NCBI GenBank assembly: GCA_002104945.1 | Contig: MCFH01000063.1 | Span: forward strand, 232,420-296,419 | DNA length: 64,000 bases | Direction: 5' to 3' | From: Piromyces finnis finn | Lineage: Eukaryota; Fungi; Neocallimastigomycota | Part shown: positions 12,534-25,567 of the stretch, one piece after another | Layout: each line of letters starts with the position of its first letter | Position numbering within the stretch: the stretch's first letter is position 1 | Notes under the pieces: generated by a model | Database searches by the model: none | What the model was told of the DNA's origin: nothing | What the model saw: the letters and a program-made list of their open reading frames with translations, nothing else | Made by a program: the position numbers and the translations under genes

Positions 12534-13909
12534 TTTTTTTTAAATATATATTTATAATTATAATATTTTTTTTTCACTGTAACATTATATATAAATGTTA
12601 TTTAGAGTATATTTATTTTTTATTTTAATGTTTTAAATTATTATAATTGCTTAAAAAAATAAAAAGTAAAAAGGAAAAAAAAATTAATAAAACTTTTACT
12701 AATTTTTATATTTTTATATTCTTTTTTTTTTTTTTTTTTTCATTTTAACTTTTGTCATTGCCAATAATTCAAATATAATTTAAAGTTCAGTTAAGTAAAA
12801 AAAAAAAAAAAAAAATTAACCAATAATTTAGGAAAATCAAAAATCTCGATAGGTAATTAAATGTAAAATAATAAAATTGTTATTTTGAATGGAGCATTTT
12901 TATTTATAAAGTTTTTTTAATTAATTAAATAGGAATATACTTATCATTTAAGTATAAAAAACCCAATTTTTTTTATGAATTATGGTAAATAATTATAAAT
13001 GTGTAGTAATTAAAGGTAAAGTTTAATAGTTAATATTTTTTTAATAATAGTATTAAAATCTAGAAAAAAAAATATTAATTATGAATATAAAAGTATGATT
13101 GATACTAAAGTTTTTTTTATTTATTATTTTAATATTTGAATATAATATTTTATATGATATAAAAAAAATGAAATAGGAAACCTAATTAATAGTAATGTTA
13201 TAGTAATAGTAGTATTTTTTTTTTAAATTTCTTTTTTAAAATTATAATACATAACAATATTGGTATATTTAATTGTATATAATTTTTAGTTACGAATTTC
13301 TTCTGGCTAAAAAGTTTGGCTAAAATGGTCAAAAACCTAGGATAAATATTAATTTTTTAGTGTAATTACATTGATTTATCTCTTTTAACTATTAAAAAAA
13401 AGATATTAATTTGGGTATAAAAGATTAAATTAGTATATAGTTCTATACTACTTTTTTTTTTATGATCTAACCTTATAAAATGTATATTAAATATTAAATA
13501 TTTATAATAAAAAATATTATAATATATATATTGATTTATAATAAAGATAAACAAAAAAAAAAGTAGTATTTGTGAATATAATAAGTTATATAATATTATC
13601 TATGTGTACCTTTTTTTATATATATAACAAAATATAAAAATATTTTTATTCATTCAATTCAAAATGGGAATTACATACATTTTATATAACTATTGTTTTT
13701 ATTCTATTTTTTTTTTATTTATTATAATATTAAAATTAATTACTAAACTTTATCAATTTATTCTCTATACACTGTAAATATAAACATATTTTTTATATAT
13801 TTTTAAAAAAAAGTATTAAAAACTTTATAAACTAAAAAACAATAAATATTAAATATTATTTCTATTCTTATTATTTAATTTTTTTTTAATTATTGTATGT
13901 TATGTACTT

Positions 13910-16900
13910 TTAATTATTAAAATCTAAAACACACATATGGAAGTAGTCATTGATTACTTGACATTTATAACCTTCAACACAACATGGAGAGGCGTCTGGA
14001 TGACCTAATCCACCACATGGTTGATAGGCTTGAGTATAGGAAGAGCAAGAATTTGAACTGATATTAGTAGTATAGCTTTTAACAGCGGAATTTGTAGAAG
14101 TAGCAGGGTCAGTAATATAGTATACTTCGTTAAGGTATAATTTAAGACCAATATTTTTGGCATCTTGGAAGGAAATTCTATCGAATTTTCTATCAGTATT
14201 GATTTTAATACTATATTTAGTCATTCCTGAAGTAGCAATATTTTGAATGGTACCAACATTAACATATTCATCAATATCTGCAAGATGAATTAAGATTTGA
14301 AGAGAAGCATTGGCAATAGTGGTTTTAGATTTGAAATATAAAGTACCTGAACCAAATTGTATATTATCATTTCTCTTAAAGGATACAGCACCCCAAGCAC
14401 CAGTATTGATGTAGTTTACCATATAACCTTGACTATTGAATCTGGTAGATTCCACACCCCATGACCAATTATCCCATTGACTTGAAACCTTAAAGGAATT
14501 TGCAACAATAATATCATATCTTTGTCCTGTACTTGTTGCTACAGCTGAAGAAGTTGCGGTTTTTGTTACTGTAGTAATAGCAGTAGCAGTCTTTGTTACT
14601 GTAGTTGTTACTGGTTTAATTGTAGTAGTAGTAGTAGTAGTAGTAGTAGTTGTTGTTGTTGTTGTTGTAGTTGGCTCAACACTGGTAGTAGTAGTTGTTG
14701 TAGTAGTAGTTGGTTTAACTGTGGTAGTAGTAGTTGTTGTAGTAGTTGGTTTAACTGTAGTAGTCGTAGTAGAAGTAGAGATTGTACCTGGAACAAAGTA
14801 AACATCATTAAGATATAAGGTAAGACCTTTGTTATTACCATCTTGAATAGAAATTCTATGGTATTTTCCATTAGCTGGTTCCTTAATAGCAACACTATAT
14901 TGAGTCATTTTAGACTAGTTAAGATATAAATATATATATATTTTAATAGTTATTATTAAAGATAAAAATAAAAAAAACCTTTTTTTTTTGATAAAATATT
15001 TTTATCATTATATCATGGTAATAGTATTATTCATTTACTTACTGTAGAAATATTTTGAACGGTACCAACTTTAACATATTCATCCACAGAGACAAGGTGA
15101 ACTAAAATTTTAAGAGTAGCACTGGTATCATTGGTTTTAGCCTTAAAATATAAAGTTCCATCACCTAAATGAAGGTTATTACCACTCTTAAATGAAACAG
15201 CACCCCATTTACCAGATGTAATATAATTAATCATATTACTTTCACTATCAAATTTACTACTTTGAACACCCCATGACCAATTCTTCCAATCACTAGAAAT
15301 AGCTGAAGAACCTTGTTTAATAATATCATACTTTACACCAGTACTTGTTGCAACTGGAGAGGAAGTCGTAGTAGTGGTAGTCTTAACAGTAGTAGTTGTT
15401 TTCTTTGTTGTGGTAGCTGCAGCACCACCAGTAACAAAGTAAACATCATTAAGGTATAATGTAAGACCATTATTCTTACCATCTTGAATTGTTATTCTAT
15501 CGTATTTACCAGTAGATGTTGCCTTCACAGCTACTTTATATTGTGTCATTTGAGTCTATAGCATAAATATTTGTATTATTTATAAATATATATATAAACA
15601 TAAATAATTTTTTTTAAAAAAAAATATTAGATATAAATAAAAATTAAAAAAAAGAAAAAGAAATCTTTCTTTCAATTATATAAAAATACGTACTGTTGAA
15701 ACTTTTTCGACAATACCAGCATTAACATAATCATCAAGATCGGCAAGATGTAATAAAACTTGAAGGGTAGCATTTGTATCATTAGTTTTAGCCTTGAAAT
15801 ATAAAGTACCTTCACCAAATTTAACAGTGTCACTTCTCTTAAAAGATACACCTCCCCAAACACCAGAAGTAATATAATTGACCATATTACCACTGGTATC
15901 AAATTTGTAACTTTTTACACCCCAAGACCAATTAATCCATTCAGAAGAAATCTTTGAAGATCCTTCCTTAATAATATCATATCTTTCACCTACACTAGTG
16001 GTTGGTTCGGCTGAAGAAGTAGTTTCAGAGGTTTTTGTGGTTGTTGTGGAACTTTTAGTTGTGGTTGAAGTTTTAGTTTTAGTACTAGATTCTGATGATG
16101 ATGAACCACCATAATTGTATGGTTTTGGAACAAATGAAGCAGCATCTGATAAAATTTCATTTTCGTTTAAACCATAGTTACTTAAAGCAACCTTAAATTT
16201 ATTTTTAATCCAAGTCTTAAGACTGTTTTCAACATTATTTTCAAAGGAACTTACTGATAAAGATTTTTTAGATCCTTTCTTATTAATTCTACCTGGTAAT
16301 GTACCATCAGCATTTGCAGTACAATCTTCTTGAATGTATGGTTTAAGGAATGATTTAATTTCACTTATACGAGAATTTAATAAGTTTGGATTAAAGGCAC
16401 CTACTAAGACTTCATTAACAATTTTCTTAAATTTAGTTTTATTTTGGAAAATTATTTTTTTAAGGATTGGAATATTTTTTTCCCAATCAGCTATCGTGAA
16501 ATCAACGTATTGCTTGTTAGGATTAAATGTAGTACCATCTTGGTTTGAGGATTTACTAGACCATAATGAACTAGAAAGACCATTACCAAAAGTATTATCA
16601 AAATCGTAATAAATGACCACCCATTTACCATCACTATCTTTTTTATACCAGTTGAAGTTATGACCATAAATCATAAAGTGATCAAATGAACCAATTAACC
16701 ATTCAAATGCTAAATACTTTAAAAAGATATCAACATCCATATATTTTTCAATATCCGAAACGGTATTACAATTATTAATATTTGTAATAAATGTTTTAAA
16801 TTGATTCATATCTGGGTAATCATCGTTTGCATTAAGACAAGCATAGGAAGAATTTGGTTTGAAGTTGAAACCACCGGATTTACATTGAATTAAAGTTGTA

Positions 16901-17705
16901 ACTTCTTCAACAGGTGGATTGAAGGTTTGTTTAATCCAAGAAGTTTTAATAGAATCCATGAATACGTATAAACCCCAGAATTCTCCATTCATATAAAGTC
17001 TAGCATAGGAGGCTTGAGGAGATGGTAAACCTAATCTATTAGCAATATCACAACAAATCTTTGAACGAATTTTACTGGAATCTCCAGGATCTGGTCTTAA
17101 CTTGAAATTTTTACGACCTAAAAATTTCTTATCAAACTTTAAATTAAAACCTACTTTATCGTAGGAACGACCATACATACCACCAGTTTTATAAGTGACT
17201 TTATCATAAGTTTTTGAATTTCTAGATATTTTAATAAAAAATAAATAAAAAAATTTTTTTTTTATAAATAATGAATGAATTATTTTTATAATGTAATTAA
17301 TATTATAAAGAAAATATTATTTTAGTAATAATAGTAATCACTCTACCCATTCCATTTAACAAGAATAGTAGCATTTTTATATTCAAAATCTGGAATATTT
17401 GCAGCACCTTTTGCTTGAATATCACTTGAAGAAACTTGAGCCATTTTAATTAAATTATTAACTTCTGAAGTAGGCATAGTAACATATAGATCAACCATTG
17501 TCAAATCTATTTCATCAAAAGTTCTATCTAAACCGCTTAAGAAAGCACCAAATACGGTTGTAACTTTATATATAAAATAAAATTATAAAAAATATGGGCG
17601 CTTTAATATTTTTATATTCTTTTTATCATCTTTTAAAATTTAAATATTTATTAAAAAATTGTCATAATAATTACATAGTAACGGTATATACAGAAATGCT
17701 TTCAT
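13910..17705 (-). CDS. Secreted CotH kinase-like protein with three CBM29-like modules and a C-terminal CBM1; join(17705..17675,17563..17347,17221..15694,15555..15043,14914..13910), ~1097 aa
   Basis: All four introns are GT-AG and the exons sum to 3294 nt (1098 codons). Signal MKAFLYIPLLFTTVFG. CotH motifs YARLYMNGEFWGLY, GHNFNWY, YYDFDNTFG. Three modules with W.NWSWG, G.WG.VSFK, GTLYFK.K, DRI..QD, resembling CBM29. Thr-rich linkers. QAYQPCGGLG...CCVEGYKCQVINDYFHMC is a CBM1 pattern. Confidence 0.85.
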
Positions 17706-18769
17706 ATTGACGTTTTTTTTATTATTTTTTCTTTTTATAAATATTTATTTATTAATACACAATTCTAATTGATATTTTTTTATAAAAAAAAATAGATTTT
17801 TAATAATAACTTTTATATTTATTATTTTTCTAAATCTATCTATTCTATCTATAAATTTTTTATATATTAAAAAAAAAAAAAAAAGAAAGAAACAAAACAT
17901 TCAATATATATACTTTTTTTATCTTTCTGTTGTATTATTCTTTTTAATATAAATTAAAGTATTGAATTATTATTTTTTCTTACTTTGTAATTACATTATT
18001 ATAATTTTTTAGTAATTAATAAAGTTTGAATTTTTAATAATATTAAATCTATAATTCAACTTTAATGAAACTTTTTTTTTAAGATTTAAGATGAATTTTT
18101 ATTAATTATAAAAGATAAATCAAAAAAAGAACCTGTCAATTTCAATTGTTTAAGAGACAAAATAATAATGTTTAATAAAAAAAAAAAAGAAAAAGAGAGA
18201 AAGAGAGAGAGAATAAAATAGATAGGATTATAATAATTTATAAATTTTTAATTAAAATACGTTATTACATTTCCAATAATATAATCATTCTAATAAAGAT
18301 ATATGATTTGAAATTTCATTAAACTTTATAAGAAATTTTGATACCACTATTATATTTTATTTAATTTATTAGTAAAATATTGTTTAGCATTATATACTTT
18401 ATTATATAATTTGGTATCTAATTTTCAATTATTATTATTATTTATGCACTTTTCTTAACAATAATTACTATTTATTATTTTAATTATATTATTATTGTTA
18501 TTACTACCACAACCACTACCACAACAACAATAACAACAACTACTACTACTACTATAATTAATAGTATTAATAGTAAATAAAGAATAAACTTTTATATTTT
18601 AATTATTAATAATGAATAAATAATGAATATTTTTTTTCTTAAAAAAATTTTTTTTGTTTCTTTTTTGGGTAATTTAAAATGCAACTGTTGATTTCAAGAC
18701 CCGATTATTACAGATTATTACAGGATATTAATTAAACCGAGAATAAATGCTCTAAAGATCAATTGAACG

Positions 18770-19360
18770 GTGACTTTTTACAATGTTGATCAATTTTTAC
18801 CACCATTATTAAATTTATTAATATTTAATTAATATTTTTTCATTTATTTTAGTAATACATTTTGTATACATTTATATTCATCAAATGATTTAATTGGTTA
18901 AATTTAAAAATGTTTCTTTTCTATTTTTACTTTATTAGAATTAACCTTGTAAGAAAGAATAGAGTAGAAGCTATCTATTTAGAAATGGATAATGGTGAAG
19001 GATATTCAAGAAATTTAGGAATTGAAAAAGCTGAAGGGAAATATATTGATTTTGTCGATAGAGATGATTATGTTGATCCGGAATGATTTGAGTATTTATA
19101 TAATAATAAAAAGAGAAAGGATGTTATTCATAATTTTAGTGAAACTTTTTCAAAATTTGAGGATAAACCTTATGGTTGTATTATACCTTCTATTATTAGA
19201 AAAATAATTTTTAATTAGAAGAAATATTAGATTTCCTTCATTTTAAAATTGTGAAGATGTAGTTCTTAAAAAGATGCTCTATAGATAAAAGACCAAGAAA
19301 AGCCTTTGTACTAGATACTAGTGTTTATTATCATTGTGATTTGAGAAAAGGATCAAGTAA
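18770..19360 (+). pseudogene. Decayed glycosyltransferase family 2 gene
   Basis: Manual translation across stops and frameshifts gives YNVDQFL...NGEGYSRNLGIEKAEGKYIDFVDRDDYVDPE*FEYLY...IRFP..CEDV...YYH..RKGS, matching GT2 motifs (YN, ARNxG, FxDxDD, RF...ED, Y..R.GS). Confidence 0.7.
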
Positions 19361-20183
19361 CAATACTAATCCTAATATAAACTAAATAAAATAGGTAGAA
19401 GGTAAAAAAAAAAGCATCATACCTTTATAATAAATGTTGTAATCTTTTTTTAATTACAACATTAACAAATGAAAAATTTTAATAACTTATAATAAAAAAT
19501 AATCATTCGATTAAAGTGTTTTTAGATAAAATATAATATATTTAAAATAAATCAAAAAAAAAAAAAAAAAAAAAAAAAAGAAAATATTGAAATGTATTTA
19601 AAAATTTTTTTATTATTAAATATATATATATATTTATATTTATTTGCTATGAGATATTAAGTAACTATGCGTAAATATAAATAATTTTTATGATTATAAA
19701 AATATTCGATGATACCTTTTAAATAATATTTCATTTTTATCAAAGAGAAACAGAATGGTTAAGAGGTTTTTTTTATCAAATTTAACAAAATTATTTATAT
19801 ATGCATTTGCTAATGTTTCCCATACTTCATCTATAGAATTTGCATCTTTAACTAAATTATCTGGACTAGTAATATCTAGGGGTTTTATTACTCGAAATAC
19901 TAACCTTTAAATAATTATCATTTGTATCCTTAATAATATTACTATCATGGGCTACAATCAATTTTAGTAACGACTGTTAATAATAAAATAAAATATTTAA
20001 TAATATTCATTTTATATTATATATTTTAAATATAAAAAAAAGTTAAGTAAAATCATTTTATGATCAATAATATTTAGTTTTAAAAAATATACATATAAAT
20101 GATTATAAATATATACATATACATATTTATATATAGACAATAATAAATAGTTAAATATGTTATTACCTATTTTATTACAATAA

Positions 20184-20930
20184 TTAAGGTATTTTTACAC
20201 CAAATTTTATTAAACATTTCTGAACATTTTTATTATACCTTCTACTTTTACAAGCACTAGTATATGCTGAATTTCTATCATTATCTTGTTTATCCACTTC
20301 AGTACCAAGTTTTAGTAATTCTATCATTGTCTTATCATTCTCATAATTATAACATTTACAAGCCCAATGTAATGGAGTTTCTCCCTTATTATTTATTACA
20401 TTCAATATTGTATTCATTTTTTATTAAAGGTAATATTAAAGACATATTATTACCACGTTTGGCTCCATAATGTAATACCGTGTTATTATTATTATCTTTT
20501 ATACCTATATATGCTCCATAATTTATCAAAGTTTTCATTAATATATCAGAGGTATTAAAACAAGTAATAAACAAAGGATTATATTCGTCAAGATAAGAAT
20601 ACTCATTCATATCTAGGAATTCAGGATTTTCTAATATATTAAAATAACTATTGAATTACATTTACTTTCTATTTCTTCACTTAATAAATTATGAAATTCT
20701 ATTTTTGAAAAAGAAACTTTATTTTTATAATATAATAATAACTTTAAAATAAAATTATTATCAAATTTAAAATAATTATTACTTTCATAATATTTATCAT
20801 ACTTGTAATTTTCAAATAATTCGTTCAATACTTTTTTCAACATTTCGTTTCTCTAAGAAATACGTTTAGTATTATCTTTAATTATAAAACATATTAATAA
20901 TTTAATACTATCAGAATTAGAATTACCGTC
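20184..20930 (-). pseudogene. Frameshifted ankyrin-repeat gene
   Basis: Three consecutive short ORFs in different frames with ankyrin motifs (NNNTVLHYGAKRGN, GETPLHWACK, DNDRNSAYTSAC). The 5' boundary is approximate. Confidence 0.7.
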
Positions 20931-21448
20931 ATTATAAAAATTATATTCTTTAAGATATTTTTATTACTCCTGAATCTTTTTTATTTTTATAATATTTAAG
21001 ATTATTCATATAAATAAAATATTATTAAATAGTTATATTTTTAACAAAATCAATTTATATGGTTTATTTTTAATTAATTAAAATATTTTTCAAATGAAAT
21101 TAAATTATTTTTTATATTATCATTTAAACAATTACCAATTACATTAAAAAAATAAATTTCTTATTAACTTATAAGTAAATAAAATAATTGATTAATATTG
21201 ATTGGATTGCTTTTCTAATCAACGTTGTCACATACTTTAACATAATTAACCTAATAATATTTTGCTTTTTATTAAAATTTATTAAATTTTAATTAATTTT
21301 AATATTACATATTACATTATAGGTGTGAAGTTCTTAATTAAAAAGGGAAAATATATATATTAATATTAATGACAGTATCTATAAAAAAAAAAGGAATAAA
21401 ATAAAAATCTTTTTTTTTTATTTATTTATTATTATTTTAACAAAAATA

Positions 21449-21482
<34 letters not shown>

Positions 21483-21567
21483 ACAGTAAAAAAAAAAAAA
21501 TAAAATTAATCTATAGAAAAAACTATAGTAGTAAAAATAAAAAATAAATATAATATATATTCTAATA

Positions 21568-22434
21568 ATGAATTATCAAGTTATTTCTGTTTTAGTTTTA
21601 ATAGCTCTTTTACCGTATAAAATTATAGCAAATTCACATATAAAATATGAAAAAACAAACTATTATCTTGATGATATACAAAAATTTAAAGTGTAATAGC
21701 AAATAAAAAATAAAAAAAAATTAAAAGATAATTATAATATGTATAAATATTTTTATTTTGATTATAATATTTTGAATACTAAATTTTAATATTAATATCT
21801 TTTAGAGAAAATAATACATGTTTGTCCAGAAGAGAGTTCACGTCAATATGTAGCTCCACTCGTGAATAAAAACGGTGAAGAATTTTCTGCTTGTGAATAT
21901 CAATATTTTTGTCATAAAAATGAACCTTGTGTGAAGATCCATACTGTTAATAATATTAACTATTTTGATTATATTACTTATGGAGAGTATTTAACTAATA
22001 TTAATGACAAATCGGAAAATATGATATTTATATCTTGCAGCGAAAAAAGCTTTAAAAATGGAATGTGTAATACAGATATCTGCGAAAAAGATTCAGATTG
22101 TTTCTCTAATAATTGTGTTAAAGGTGTATGCATGGTAAATGATAGCAATCCTTCATATATCTGTAGAACTACTAAAGAAAATTCAGAATTAAAAGTTAAA
22201 TGTTTATTAGCTTACGAAGAAAAATGTAATAATGATAATGAATGCGGTGATATTGCTAGCTGTTCGAAAGATAAAATATGTGTAATCCATAATGAAAAAG
22301 ATGAAAATGGTAATGATTTTATGAAATATATTATTTCTTTAATTGCAATAATATATGTCATAATCATATTAATTGCCATTTACTATGTTAGAAAAAATAA
22401 CCATAACGAAAAAGAAAGTATTAAAACAATTTAA
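21568..22434 (+). CDS. Cys-rich single-pass membrane protein; main exon ~21806-22434, probable signal-peptide exon from 21568 with an apparent 1-nt frameshift
   Basis: Repeated C..D.DC.S..C motifs and a C-terminal TM followed by basic residues. Upstream MNYQVISVLVLIALLP looks like a signal peptide. The exon join is not fully resolved. Confidence 0.65.
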
Positions 22435-23273
22435 AATAAAATAAAATAAATAGGAAGAAAAAAAATAAACAAACAAACAAACAAAAAGTAAATAAATATA
22501 TATATAAATATATATATATTAACAAACAAACAAATGAAGTAATATTTTTTTTTTACAATTTATTTATTTTAAAAATGTATAATAAAAAAATATTAATAAA
22601 TAAAGAAATATCAAATGTAATAATTATTATATTACATAGTTTAATTTATTATCTTGAATTATTGCCTATTTTTAATGAATAATGAATATTACTATTTGAA
22701 AATTCGATTACTTTATGAAAAGAATATTTATTTTGATATTCATTTAGTAATGGAAATTCTTTAATTGAATATTGATTTTTTATTTTACCCATTTTCTTTA
22801 ATATAATATCAATAAATTTAATATTCTTTTTATTCTATCATATTAGATTATTACCATTATTATTATTATTTACAATTAACAAATGTATATGTATTGATAA
22901 TTAAGAGTAGAAGACATAAACTAGGAATAACCAAATTAAATTGGGTGTAAAAGGAAAAAAAAATTAGACTTAAAAATTATATATATAAAATAAAGATGAT
23001 ATATAAAAACAATTATTTCGATTACTATTTTTTTTATTAAATTTTTTATATATTTTTGTATTAATGAAAACTAATTATAATTATTTTAGATATTTTTTAA
23101 AAATTAATTTATATAATTTTGATTATAGAAATATATATATATGGTAATTTAATTATATTTTATTATAAAAATGGAAAATGAAAATAAAATAAAAGAAGAA
23201 TGCAATACAATACATTATATATATATATTAAAAGTAAAAATCTCTCAAACTTTATTTTGAATAAAAAGTTAAA

Positions 23274-23950
23274 TGCATAATTTAAAGCTTGTTAATAATC
23301 ATCAATTGAATAAAAATGACTTGGAAGTAAAAAATATATATATATATGCCCTTAAAGAATATAGTATTTTTTCAAACTTTGCTTTGGATAATATGATAAA
23401 TGACTTAACCCACCTAAACTTTATTATTATTTGAATGAAAATAACTTGGAAGGAAATGAAATGGATGATTTTAACAAATATGATAGTATTACAAATAATA
23501 ATGAATTAGCTGAGAAATTAAATAAGTAGTTTTGAGATTCTTTATTATAACAATGTTCATTTTATGTCAATATTTAATTGGTATTGATACTAAAGATATT
23601 AATTTTATAAAAAGTTTAAATTCAAAATATCTAGGAGGAAGGAATGGTTTAGAAGCAAACGATAATATATTTAAAACTAAAATTGATAATACTTTAGGAT
23701 TATATAAGCATGAAATTGACACTTATTTCTTAAAAAAAAAAAAATTCAAGATTTAATGTTGGTGAATAGACTGTTATTAAATATTTTATTGAAAATATAA
23801 ATTTATCTGTAAAAGATTTAGAAAGAAAATTTGATTTGAAAGAACATTCGTTGGTCAGAATTTATAATTTTTTTTTAAAAAACATGGTTTAGTAAAGGAT
23901 GAGGTAGAAAATTCAGGAAGAATACAATAAATTCAATCTATACATTTAAT
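23274..23950 (+). pseudogene. Unidentified decayed coding sequence
   Basis: Runs of plausible codons in several frames (e.g. YLNENNLEGNEMDDFNKYD; ORF 23532-23756) broken by stops. No family recognised. Confidence 0.3.
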
Positions 23951-25567
23951 AATGCATCTAATAAATTTGATAAAATCTTTTATAGTATTAATGTATTCAT
24001 TTTGATGTTTTTAATGATATACTTTTTTTTTTTAATAATAAATATTTACTAGTTATTATATATATAAAACTAAAAAAACTAATTATCACTAATTATTAAT
24101 AAACTCTTTGTAACAGTTAAATAAATACTTATATATTAATAAATATGGTGCAGTTTATAACTTAACCACCTTTTAAAAATGAACAAACAACATGAAAACA
24201 TGTGATATATCATTAAGTAACCACAATTTTTTAATTTATATATGCATAAAATGTATAGTTTTATGTTCATTTGTTTAATAATTTTATCATAGCAATGATA
24301 TATAATGTGGGTATTACAAACAATTTATATGACTTTTACAATGTAACATTATTTATCTTATTATGTATTATATAAAATGATTGGTGGATAATTTGTACTA
24401 CGTTAAACAATACAAAAAATAAAAAAAAATTTGTGGAAACAAAAACCACTTTTACTTTGAAAAACATCTGGTAAATGGGAGATAATTTTAAAAAAAAACA
24501 TAATTTCATCCAAAGTAAATTATTTTGACTAACAATGTACATAATAAAAAAAATATATTAATTAATAGTATCATAATGAATAAAAAACAATACTTTTATT
24601 GACTAATGATGTACTCATGACACTTTCTATATTATTTAATATATCTTTAAAAATTCATTTTAAATATAATATTGATAAAAACTAAAAAAAAATTATTATT
24701 TTTAAATACTTTTTTTATTTTATAAAGCCTTTTTTTTAAACCTTTTTTTTTTTTATCTATACTCCTTAATTGTTACACTTGTTAAGTTCAAAGTGAAAGA
24801 TCTTTCTTTATAAAAAAAAGTAAAAAATATTTTCTAAAATATAATTATTAAAGTTTGTGTGAAAGGTGACACAATCATTATGATTTATAAAAAGTAAACA
24901 ATAAACAATTAAAGTTAAAATTTGTATTATCTTTATAAGGTAGTACAATATTGTATCATTTTAAATATAAATGTATAAATAACTATTATATTTAATAAAT
25001 CTCATAATAAAATAAATGAATAAATTAATAATGATACCTTTTTCATTTTAATTAAAAATAAATTAAATATTATACTATTTGATTTATTAAAGATATTTTT
25101 TATGTAAATTAGGAAAAGTTTATTAATAGTAAAAAAAAAAATTTATATAAAAGATTAAAAAAAGCCCTAAAAAGTACACTTTTTTATTTATTACTAAAAA
25201 AAAAAAAAAGTGCCATGAAACTATATAACTCTTAATGGAATAGGTTTTTTTTAAAAAATAAGAGAAATAGTAATAAAATAATAACAAGAATAAGAAAAAA
25301 AAAGCTTTTTATTTTAAAATAAAATATTAATATAGAACAATAAAAGAATTAATGAGAAAAATAAACATTATATCAATTCGTATTTTAAAAAATAAAGCCA
25401 TTATTAAAACTGAAACAATAAAAGCAATACATTAAAATAATTATTATAAAGAGCAATTATCAAATTAAAAAATATTCTAATAAACACAAAAATAGTAATT
25501 CTACAATTGTTTATTTCAATTTCTCAAATGCATTTCATATCCATATAAAATTTAATAACAATTGAAA

